Shown piece after piece: positions 9,794-18,681 of a stretch of 64,000 bases of DNA; the first letter of the stretch is position 1; each line of letters begins with the position of its first letter. This stretch comes from Terriglobia bacterium. Its GTDB lineage: Bacteria; Acidobacteriota; Terriglobia; 20CM-2-55-15. The position numbers were made by a program, and so were the translations under genes. The notes beneath the pieces are model-generated. The model saw only the letters and a program-made list of their open reading frames with translations. It was not told the DNA's origin and did no database searches. The stretch lies in NCBI GenBank assembly GCA_965198225.1, contig CBDAOY010000004.1, positions 320,001 to 384,000 of the forward strand, in the 5' to 3' direction.

Positions 9794-10360
9794 ATGAAGA
9801 GATTCGCGACCGTGACGGCGGTACTGTTTGCCCTGGGGTGTGGCGCCGACTCAGAGCCGGAGGTCGACACCCAGGACGAGGCGGCGTCGCTCTACCAGAA
9901 CGCCGTCGTCGCCGAGCAGGACGGACAGTTGGGCGAAAGCGAACGAGCTCTGGAGGAGATCCTCGCCGACTATGCGACCGAAACGGTGGCGGGGACCGCC
10001 GAGGAGATGCTCGGGCGGATCAGAGAGGATAGCCAGGCTGCGGCTCTCGCCGCCTTACGCCAGATCAATGAGGCACAGGCCAACTTCATGGCGACCCGAA
10101 GGCGCTACGCGATCTCGCTCGAGGAACTGGTCGAACAGTTCATGCTTCCGGAAGATCCTTCCCGTCCCGATCTCGGTTACGACATCATCATGCGCGGCAG
10201 CCCGAACGCGGATCGGTACTCGACAACGGCCGACCCAACCTCCGGCGTCGGCGAGAAGCGCTCTTACTTTTCCGACGGAAGCGGGGTGATTCGGTGGGCC
10301 CTGGGCGAGGTGGCCACCGCCGACAGCCCGGCGCTTGAAGAGGCACCGGAGGCGAACTAG
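9794..10360 (+). CDS. Lipoprotein with TPR-like helices and a type IV pilin-head-like C-terminal domain
   Basis: AGGAGG RBS, lipobox ALGC, and LRQINEAQANF..RYA.SLEEL..GY..YSTTADP..RSYFSDGSGVIR. Paralogous to 27134-27658. Confidence 0.6.
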   Translation: MKRFATVTAVLFALGCGADSEPEVDTQDEAASLYQNAVVAEQDGQLGESERALEEILADYATETVAGTAEEMLGRIREDSQAAALAALRQINEAQANFMATRRRYAISLEELVEQFMLPEDPSRPDLGYDIIMRGSPNADRYSTTADPTSGVGEKRSYFSDGSGVIRWALGEVATADSPALEEAPEAN

Positions 10361-10382
10361 TGGCCTGTAACAGGTCACTAGC

Positions 10383-10830
10383 CTACGATTCGTCCGGATC
10401 GAGATCCAGCGCAGCGGAATTGATGCAGTAACGCAGACCTGTCGGTCGCGGTCCGTCCGGAAACACATGCCCCAGGTGCGCGCCGCAGGCGTCGCACACC
10501 ACCTCGGTCCGGCGCATGCCGTAGCTGCTGTCCTCTTCGGTTTCGACGTTGCTTTCCTGGCGGATCTGCTGGTTCACCAACCACCGAACAAGGAGATTCG
10601 CCCGACACCGGTTCGTAGAAGCTGGGCCAGCCGCTTCCGGAGTCGAACTTCGTTTTCGAACTGAAGAGTTCGTTCCCGCAGCCAACGCACCGGTAGACAC
10701 CCTCTTCCTTCGAATCGTGGTACTCGCCCGTAAACGGGGGTTCCGTCCCTTTCTCCCTGCAGACGTGGTACTGCTCAGGCGTTAGCTGCTCCCGCCACTC
10801 TTCTTCAGACTTGCGAACCTTTTCTGCCAT
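10383..10830 (-). pseudogene. msrB: Peptide methionine sulfoxide reductase B interrupted by a 46-bp insertion
   Basis: Upstream frame has [26 protein letters not shown]. Downstream frame has [41 protein letters not shown]. Removing 10557-10602 joins them in frame. Confidence 0.9.
10557..10602. other. 46-bp imperfect palindromic insertion in msrB
   Basis: Minus strand reads GGCGAATCT-c-CTTGTTC-ggtggttggt-GAACCAG-c-AGATCCGCC-ag. Confidence 0.75.
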
Positions 10831-11035
10831 CGCACTCTCCTCGTCTGTAGTTTAGCGCGTCCTCTACAGCGGTGCTCCGGAACCCCGGAATTTTGCTGGT
10901 GAGCATGCTCCGTCCGGCGGACCAGGAGCCGGCGGTTCATCGACCGCCGCTATTCCCGGAAGGGGTCAAGGAAAGGCCGACAACCCGCGTGCTTTTGAGA
11001 TCCTGGAGGATTTTCCTCGGAAATGGGCTGGTATC

Positions 11036-11170
11036 AACACGATTGCATTTCCCCTGATCGGCGCCGGCGTGGGAGGGAGGAGTGAGGATCACGTTCTCGG
11101 ATTGCTGCGGCGGACCCTCGGGATCCAGCGTTTCGAGGGAGACGTCGTTATCGTCAGATTCAAGGCTTAG
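11036..11170 (+). pseudogene. C-terminal fragment of a macro-domain protein
   Basis: Manual translation NTIAFPLIGAGVGGRSEDHVLGLLRRTL..VVIVRFKA*. IAFPxIGxG is the macrodomain loop. No recognisable N-terminal half. Confidence 0.55.
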
Positions 11171-11171
11171 C

Positions 11172-11253
11172 GAATTCGGTGACGGAGACCGAATTCCCGC
11201 GGCCCGGTACGGTTGATCGGCAGGCAGGGGAATTCGGCCTCCGTCACCGAATC
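11172..11253. repeat. REP-like doublet (two palindromes in inverted orientation)
   Basis: GAATTCGGTGACGGAGACCGAATTCCC (11172-11198) and GGGAATTCGGCCTCCGTCACCGAATC (11228-11253). Confidence 0.75.
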
Positions 11254-11439
11254 TTTCAAGCCACTCTATCGAGGCCGTCTAGCACCTCCGACCGCTCCCC
11301 GTGGCTTGTATTGGACTTCCGGGGCGTCATTCACCGATAATCCGCCGCAACTGACCGAAATTCGGCTGCGTTCTCAGGGGCCAGTGAATATTCTGCCCTT
11401 GTCACGCCGTCCGACTCGGACGGTGGCGGGGAGATAGAC

Positions 11440-12144
11440 ATGACAGACACGAGTAGACATCACCGGTCCCACTCCCACGACCCGTCGCACCTCTGGTTCG
11501 GGATCATCGCGATCATAGCAGGCGTCCTGTTTACGCTGGACAACCTGGACATTGTGAACTCGAGGGTGTTCTTCCGCCTGTGGCCGATCCTGTTCATCGT
11601 GGTCGGCCTCAACCTTCTGTTCAACAAACAGAAGAGTCGCATCGCCGGTTCCGTCTTCCTTATCGTTGGTTTCCTCCTGCTACTGGCTAACCTGGATTAC
11701 ATCGACTTCAACGTCTTCGATCTACTGCCGCTGCTTCTGGTGCTCCTCGGTGTCCGCGTAATCCAGCGCCACCGGAGTCGTGACGAGTCGACCCCCTCCG
11801 ACCCCGACGCCCAATCCACGATTACAGCATCGGGTGTCCTCAGCGGTGTCCAACGCACGTGCAGTGCCCAGGACTTCAAGGGAGGACAGTTGACCGCGTT
11901 CATGGGAGGGTGCGAGATCGATCTCCGTGACGCTTCGATCGGATCGGAACCGGCCGTCATCGACATTTTTGTGATGTGGGGCGGAGTGGAACTGAAGGTC
12001 CCCGAGGACTGGAGGGTATCCACCGAGACCCAGCCGATTCTCGGTGGAGTCGTCGACCGGACCAGGGCGCCCAAGGGCGGAACGGAGAAGAGCCTCATCC
12101 TGAAGGGATCTGCCATCATGGGTGGAGTCGAAGTCCGGAACTGA
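11440..12144 (+). CDS. LiaF-like cell-envelope stress response membrane protein (DUF2154-like C-terminus)
   Basis: Four TM helices with LWP, then FKGGQLTAFMGGCEIDLRDA..MWGGVELKVPEDWRV..MGGVEVRN. Confidence 0.75.
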   Translation: MTDTSRHHRSHSHDPSHLWFGIIAIIAGVLFTLDNLDIVNSRVFFRLWPILFIVVGLNLLFNKQKSRIAGSVFLIVGFLLLLANLDYIDFNVFDLLPLLLVLLGVRVIQRHRSRDESTPSDPDAQSTITASGVLSGVQRTCSAQDFKGGQLTAFMGGCEIDLRDASIGSEPAVIDIFVMWGGVELKVPEDWRVSTETQPILGGVVDRTRAPKGGTEKSLILKGSAIMGGVEVRN

Positions 12145-12153
12145 TCAGGTTCG

Positions 12154-12618
12154 ATGCATCCGATACTCGCAGATCCGAGGCGGTTGGCGCTGTACCTGTT
12201 GGCGTGGATTCCGGTCGGAGCCTTGTTTACGGCTCTGACGTCGCTCACACCGGAGATCCCATGGACGGGTACCGCCCTGGTCTGGGTCCCGATGGCGGGG
12301 CTGTACGCGTTTGTGAGTCTCTCGCCATGGCAGTTGTGCCGTGTGTTTCCGTTGAGCACCACGCCGTGGTCGCGTGTGCGAAACGCGATCGATCAGCACG
12401 AGCTCTACGTCTTCGACCTCGAGCAGAAGCGGCTCCTGCGCAAAGTGGCGTACGAGGGCCGCCCGCGAACATCTTTGAAAGTCAGCACGGACGGCGAGAC
12501 AGTCTACGTTCACCACGCCGGCAACACGATCGACTACCACGACGCGGAGACCTTCGCGTTCGAGAAGCGTGTGGAGTTGCCTGGTGATTCGACGGCGCAC
12601 ATCATTGTCGTGCCTTAG
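12154..12618 (+). pseudogene. Chimeric ORF: LytS-like sensor kinase N-terminus fused to the C-terminus of a beta-propeller
   Basis: The first ~74 aa (MHPILADPRRLALYLLAWIPVG..) are TM-sensor-like. From ~12376 the sequence VRNAIDQHELYVFDLE..YEGRPRTSLKVS..AGNTIDYHDAET..EKRVELPGD parallels the C-terminus of the next gene. Confidence 0.7.
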
Positions 12619-12630
12619 GAGAGTAGTCAG

Positions 12631-13755
12631 TTGTCAGTAGTCAGTAGTCAGTTGGAGGAGAGAGGCCGCTTCAGCGCATGGCTGTTAGCGCTCGCCTTCG
12701 CTGTCTTCCTGCCCCAAACAGTTCTGGCACAAAGTTCGAGTGGAACACTCTACACGGCGGTCTGGCCGGGTGAGATCCTGGCATTGGACGAGGCGACCGG
12801 AGCCATCAAGCACAAGATTCCGTTCAAGCTCGGCCAGACCATCTTCATGACCCTGTCGCCCGATCGGAAGCGATTCTACGCGAACACCGCGCAGATAGAA
12901 GGGATCGAGGTCATCGACATCGAATCCCGGCAGGTCATCAATGCCTTCAGATTGTCGGAAGGAAACCGGAAGGTGCGTGTCATACCCAACTTTGCGCCGC
13001 ATCCGGACGGTTCCCGCGTCTTTGCCGTCGTCCGTGTCGCCGTTAAGGAGATCGACCGGTACACCCTAGAGGAGCCGCAGTTGGTAACGATCGATCTCGA
13101 GGAGCAGAAGATTACGAAGTCGCTTGAGCTGGGACCGGAACATTCGGCCCCTTTCAGAGTCATGCGGGTGTCTCCCGACGGCAAGTACCTTTACTACTTC
13201 CTGGGCAATATCCTGGTCATCGACGTCGAGCAACTCGAAATCGTCGACGAAATCGAAATGGACCGGCCGCTCTACCCGGGCGCGGGTGCGGTCGGGTTGG
13301 GCCGTGCCTTCGAAGTCTATGATGACGCGGAAACCCTGACGTTCCCGTTCAATTCACCGGACCCGACGACGGATCAGAACATCATGGGCATTGCCCGGTT
13401 CAACCTCCTCGACCGCAGCCTGGATGTCTTCGAAACGAACCCCAACCGGGGTGGCGGCAGCTTTGCGGTCTCCCCGGATCGGAAGAGGGCATACATGGTT
13501 CGCAACACCGTCGATCAGGACGAGTTCTACGTCTGGGACCTGGAGGGAAAACGATTCCTCAAGAAACAGGAATACGAAGGCCGCCCCCGAACGTCGGTCA
13601 AAGTCAGCAGCGACGGGACGAAGCTCCTGCTACACACAGCCGGCAACACGATCGACTACTACGACGCGGAAACCCTGGTGTTCGAGAAACGCGTCGAGCT
13701 GCCCGGCGACGCCGGTTTCGAGTTGTTCGTTATTCCTGCGACCCGCGACAACTGA
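12631..13755 (+). CDS. Exported YncE/QhpB-like beta-propeller protein
   Basis: Repeated SPDxKR blades and a signal-like N-terminus. Only TTG starts are available, and they lie inside the heptamer array. Confidence 0.7.
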   Translation: MSVVSSQLEERGRFSAWLLALAFAVFLPQTVLAQSSSGTLYTAVWPGEILALDEATGAIKHKIPFKLGQTIFMTLSPDRKRFYANTAQIEGIEVIDIESRQVINAFRLSEGNRKVRVIPNFAPHPDGSRVFAVVRVAVKEIDRYTLEEPQLVTIDLEEQKITKSLELGPEHSAPFRVMRVSPDGKYLYYFLGNILVIDVEQLEIVDEIEMDRPLYPGAGAVGLGRAFEVYDDAETLTFPFNSPDPTTDQNIMGIARFNLLDRSLDVFETNPNRGGGSFAVSPDRKRAYMVRNTVDQDEFYVWDLEGKRFLKKQEYEGRPRTSVKVSSDGTKLLLHTAGNTIDYYDAETLVFEKRVELPGDAGFELFVIPATRDN

Positions 13756-13782
13756 CTACCGACAACTGACTACTGACCCCCC

Positions 13783-15461
13783 ATGACCCAACGTATCCTC
13801 GAATTCGTCCTTCCCTACTGGAAGCGTCTCGCCCTCGTCCTCATCCTGGGTACCGTCGCAACGCTTTCCGGTCTCGCTCAGCCCTACTTCACCAAGCTCC
13901 TGATCGACGACGCGCTGCTCCAGGGCGATTTTAGCCTCCTGGTGTGGATCTCGGTCGCGATGCTGGCCGTGACGGCCTTTTCCTACGCGTTGAACGCGTG
14001 GACAGGCTATCGCTACGTCCAGGTTTCGGCGGCCATCCTCTTCGACATGCGGCAGAAGGTGTACCGACACCTGCAGAGGCTCGCCCCCCGGTTCTACGCG
14101 AAGAATCGTATGGGGGATGTTGTTTCCCGGCTGAACAACGACGTCGGCGAGATCCAGCGGATCTCTGCCGATACGCTCCTGGCGCTGACGAGCAATGTCC
14201 TGTTCCTCGTCGGTGCGGTCGTCATCCTCCTCTATCTCAACGTGGTGTTGTCGCTGATGACGTTCGTGCTGCTGCCGTTCGTCGTGGCCGGGCTGGTGCG
14301 TGTGCGTCGAAAGCTGGAAGACGACACCCGGGCCGTCCGCGAACGCAGTGCCGATATCGGCAGCTTCCTCGTCGAGACGTTTCTGGGGATGCGGACCACC
14401 GTCCTGATGAACCGGCAGGAGGACGAGGTAGGCCGGTTTGGCGGCTGGAACGATCGTTTCGTCGCGGCGCTTCTCCGGCGGCAGAAGACCTCGATCGTCG
14501 CCGGCTGATTCCGTCGATGGGTCTGACCATCGGTGCCCTGCTCGTCTTCGTGATCGGCGGATACCAGGTTATCGGCGGAGGGATGACGTTGGGAGCTTTC
14601 GTCGCCTTCATCTCCTACCAGGCCCGGCTCATTGCCCCGATCCAGAACATCCTCACGCTCTACACGAACCTTGCAACGCTGAAGGTGTCGGCCCATCGAG
14701 TGTTCGAACTCCTGGATGCAAAGCCGGAAGTGATGGGCGGAGATAAGCATCTAGTTGAGAACATTGAAGCGATCGAATTCCGGGATGTCTCATTCCGCCA
14801 CGATCGCGAAAGGGTCTTGACGGGAGCCACCTTCACATTGCCGGTGGGTTCGTTCTGCGTGGTCGTCGGGCCAAGCGGAGCCGGGAAATCCTCGATCGCA
14901 GATCTGCTCGTACGGCTCTATGACCCGGATGACGGGACCGTTCTGCTCAACGGAGTCGACCTGAGACGCTATCGGCTCTCGGACGTTCGGGAAACTATCG
15001 CGCTCGTCGAGCAGGACACCTTCCTGTTCAACGCGACTCTCGAAGACAACGTTCGCTATGGCGGCGGCGGGATCGAGACCGGCTTGACCCAACTGATCGA
15101 TGTGGGGCTCGACGCCCAGATGGGTGATCGCGGGTTGGCGGTTTCTGGCGGCCAGAAGCAGTGTGTCGGTATCGCGCGTGCGGTCGGCCGCAGGCCTGAA
15201 GTCCTCGTCCTGGATGAAGCGACTTCCGCGATGGACGTCGATCTGGAGGAGAAGGTTCTCGCCGCGCTGCAGGAATCGATGGCGGGCCGGACAATTGTCC
15301 TGATCACGCACCGGGAATATCTGACTGCGGACCGAATCGTGGTCAGGTCTCAATCGAGCGTAAGTGTAGGTGCGCTCTATGAGCGCACAGCTTGCAAGCC
15401 GCCACAATGTGCGGTCATAGACCGCACCTACACCCGCTGGGAGATCTCCAGTGGCCCCTAA
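13783..15461 (+). CDS. ABC exporter (TMD+NBD), QhpF-like, with a single-base frameshift near 14505
   Basis: TMD in ORF 13783-14508. NBD in the next frame with GPSGAGKS, VSGGQ and LDEATS. Adding one C in gccggc^tgatt restores GLIP. Confidence 0.8.
15365..15432. repeat. GTAG-type REP doublet
   Basis: TGTAGGTGCGCTCTATGAGCGCAC ... GTGCGGTCATAGACCGCACCTACA. Confidence 0.85.
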
Positions 15462-16110
15462 AACCATCACTGTCGCCGTCGTCGACAGTGGCATCAACCC
15501 CACTCATTCTCACGTGGGTGAGGTGCGCGGCGGTGTTTCGTTCCTGAATGACTCCACTGAACTCGACCCCCCCTGGCTGGACGAACTCGGCCACGGCACC
15601 GCGGTGGCCGCTGCCATTCGTGTGCATGCGCCCGATGTCGAACTCTTTGCGGTGCGAGTCTTCGAGAAGAGCTTCGCGACCCGAATCGAGCGGGTTGTTG
15701 CGGGGCTGGAGTGGTGTGTCGAGAAGCGGATGGACGTCGTCAACCTCAGCCTGGCGACGCTCAAGGATCTCCACAGAGAAGCCCTCGAAAGCGTCTGCCG
15801 GAAGATTCCCATCCTGGTGGCGCCTTATGACTTCCTCGGCGTGCCCGCCTTCCCCGGCAGTTTCCCATCCGCCTTTGGCGTCGCCGGCGACCCGACGCTC
15901 GAGGGCGGTGGCCACCGCTTCGAGGCGACCCCGACTCCGCATTTCGTCGCGTCCCCCTCCCCCAGGTCCCTGGAGACCCTTCCGGACGCCCAAAACTTCA
16001 GCGGTCCGAGCTTCGCGACGGCCAACGTGGCCGGCCTGATCAGCCGGATGATGATCGAGAGTGGTACCCGCGACCCGGCCATGCTGAGATCCCTTCTGAG
16101 CGACCGCTAG
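15451..16110 (+). CDS. Small cytoplasmic subtilisin-like S8 protease, QhpE-like
   Basis: Triad VDSG / HGT / GPSFA in 219 aa, with no signal peptide or propeptide. Confidence 0.75.
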   Translation: MAPKTITVAVVDSGINPTHSHVGEVRGGVSFLNDSTELDPPWLDELGHGTAVAAAIRVHAPDVELFAVRVFEKSFATRIERVVAGLEWCVEKRMDVVNLSLATLKDLHREALESVCRKIPILVAPYDFLGVPAFPGSFPSAFGVAGDPTLEGGGHRFEATPTPHFVASPSPRSLETLPDAQNFSGPSFATANVAGLISRMMIESGTRDPAMLRSLLSDR

Positions 16111-16158
16111 TCCGATCTCCGCGCCGGCTCCTCTCAAGAAGAATTTCAATGTTCATGG

Positions 16159-17738
16159 CGAGGAACAAACACCCGGAACCCACGCGGTCCTCGTCCTCAG
16201 CTACGGCAGCTGGGAGAACCGTTTCGGCAGGCAGGATTCGATCATCGGGCGGGAGCTGACCCTGAACGGGCAGGCGTTCACCGTCATCGGCATCGGCCCG
16301 GAGGGTTTCCAGGGAACAGAGAGCGCTCCCGCACCGGAATTTTTCGTCCCGACGATGGCCTATGAATATGTCACGCCGCGTCCCGACTGGATATTCGAAC
16401 GTCGCGCCCTGGTGTTCAATTTGATCGGCCGGCTCCGGCCCGGGGTCACGATAGAGCAGGCCGAGGCCGAGATGAAAACGATCGCCGCGAACCTCGAGCA
16501 GGAATACCCGGAGCCGAACGGAGGCCGCTCGGTGGTCCTGCACACACTTTCTCGGATCGATCTCGAGGCCGCGGCAACTATCGCCCTGGCCGTGACCTTG
16601 TTGACCGGAATAGCTCTGCTGGTGCTCGCCATCGCGGCGGCCAACGTTGCCAACCTTCTTATGGTTCGTGCCTCGTCCCGACGGCGCGAGATCGCGGTCC
16701 GGGTATCCCTGGGAGCCGGGCGGATGCGTCTGGTCCGTCAGCTGTTGACCGAGAGCCTGGTCCTTGCCGGCCTCGGCGGTGTGCTGGGCATCTTCATCGC
16801 GGTCTGGGCTCGCGAGCTGCTCTGGTCGCTGGTCCCCCCAAGCCCATTTCCGATCGCACTCGATACCAGCCTGGATTTTCGCGTGCTCGGGTTTGCTCTG
16901 CTCATCACGATGGGTGCGGGCCTGTTCTTCGGGCTCATTCCGGCCGTCAAGGCTTCGCGCCCCAACCTGTCGGAAGCCCTCAAGACCGGCCATCAGCGCG
17001 ACGGCACGATGCGCCGTTGGAGCGTCCGCAATGTGCTCGTGGTGGCGCAGGTTTCTCTGTCGCTGGTCGCCTTGGTCACCGCGGGGTTGATGGTGCGCAG
17101 TATCGAGAACGTCTTTGCAGTCGACCCGGGCTTCGACAAGGACAGGTTGCTCGCAGTCACGCTTCCTGCCTCTCGGTCAGAGCTACCGCGACACGAAATC
17201 GAGCACGACCCTCCTGGTCCGAACCTCCGGCGATCCGACATCGGTGGCCGCGGATGTTCGCTCGACGATCCGAAGGATCGATCCCAACCTCCCGATCACC
17301 AACATCCAGGCGGTCACCGACGTAATCGAGTTTTCGATGTTCAACGCGCAGATCGGCGTATGGCTGGTCTCGGTCTTCGGTCTGCTCGCCCTCGTTCTGG
17401 CCGCGGTCGGGGTCTACGGGGTCATTTCCTATGCGGTCAGCCAACGCACGCACGAGATCGGCATCCGGATGGCCCTGGGGGCGCGACCAGGAGACGCGCT
17501 GAGCCTCATCGTCCGCCAGGGCATCGTACTGTCCCTGCTCGGGCTGAGTATCGGTCTGGCCCTGTCGGTCGGCGTGACGAGGGTGCTCTCGACGTTCCTG
17601 TTCGGCGTCAGCGCGGTCGATCCGCTGGTTTTCGGCGGGATCTCACTGGTCCTGGGGGTCGTAGCGGGTGCCGCGTCCTTCGTGCCGGCCCGTAGAGCAG
17701 TCCGGATCGATCCGATGCTCGCTTTGCGCTTCGACTAG
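16159..17738 (+). pseudogene. ADOP permease remnant (5' end missing, internal deletion near 17163)
   Basis: Begins mid-domain (EEQTPGTHAVLVLSYGSWENRFG) and has ANVANLL..RRREIAVRVSLGAGR. It jumps frame from FDKDRLLAVT to LPLGQSY and ends PARRAVRIDPMLALRFD. Confidence 0.8.
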
Positions 17739-17745
17739 TGAAACG

Positions 17746-18600
17746 TCAGCTTCGTGAGCGTTCCTGGTTGTGACTGTGGACTGTCACGGATCCAGGCGTT
17801 GACGCCAGCCATCCCGATACCGTCGCGACTGGGCTGCTGCAGAGGATCGAAGGTACGTACCGGCGGGTATACCTGGAGAGTCGGGCTGTTCTCTCCAGCC
17901 AGACCTCGCGCCGGAGACTCCATCGCAATCCGAACTCCCGCCGAAGACGTTCCGGTAGTAAACCAATTCCAACCGTACTTCCCAGATACAACAGAGTGCC
18001 GGTAACGGATGGCGAAAAGAGCGCATCGGCTATTTCCCGGGCGCTATCGCTTACTGTGATCACATCGCCTTCCAGCATACTGTTCACGTACGACTGAAAA
18101 TCGTGATACGTAACCGGAACGATGCGCTCCGGTATCCCGAACAGTTTCGCCGACAGAACGAATCCGTCGTAGTATTCTTCACGCTCACCGTTTGACAGCG
18201 GTGAAACAAACGTATCGTAGACCACCAGCGTCGAGTCCATTATCGTGGCGAGCACCCATAGCTTCAGTTCGGGATCATTCGCGTCGTACGGCGTTCCAGC
18301 CCGAAACACTCCGGCGCGCGATTGCAGGACGCCGTGGACCTTCTGGTGTTTCTGATTGATGGATCTCACGGCTCGGAGGGCAAAGTCCCGACTTCCGAAC
18401 GTGATAGCCGTCGCGGCCAGGGAAGTCCGATAGAGACGAGCCAGGCGATGCTCCCGAAATCGGCTGTGGTTGGCTACACCGGCCGCAATCAACGGATGGG
18501 CGATCTGCATCAAAATCGCACGAGGACCCGCCAGGGCGCTGGCGAATTCACGGTTGACCCGCCAGAAGACCGAAGCGGGAGAGAAGAGCGGCCGACTCAT
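17746..18600 (-). CDS. Oxygenase MpaB/DUF2236 family protein
   Basis: GPRAILMQIAHPLIAAGV..HQKVHG..YDANDPELKLWVLAT. Confidence 0.85.
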   Translation of the reverse strand: MSRPLFSPASVFWRVNREFASALAGPRAILMQIAHPLIAAGVANHSRFREHRLARLYRTSLAATAITFGSRDFALRAVRSINQKHQKVHGVLQSRAGVFRAGTPYDANDPELKLWVLATIMDSTLVVYDTFVSPLSNGEREEYYDGFVLSAKLFGIPERIVPVTYHDFQSYVNSMLEGDVITVSDSAREIADALFSPSVTGTLLYLGSTVGIGLLPERLRREFGLRWSLRREVWLERTARLSRYTRRYVPSILCSSPVATVSGWLASTPGSVTVHSHNQERSRS

Positions 18601-18681
18601 GCCTTATATTAGCCAAAAAACTGGCTAAAAAGACGTAAGATATTTGGTTTAAAGCGCTGTCCATTGACGAGAGGAGGGACG

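Noticed and set aside
14495-14510. Programmed frameshifting in the ABC exporter (also ~31455 and 51690-52050)
   Set aside because: No clear slippery site or stimulatory structure. Scattered single-base indels fit sequencing error or decay better, and I cannot separate these without reads.
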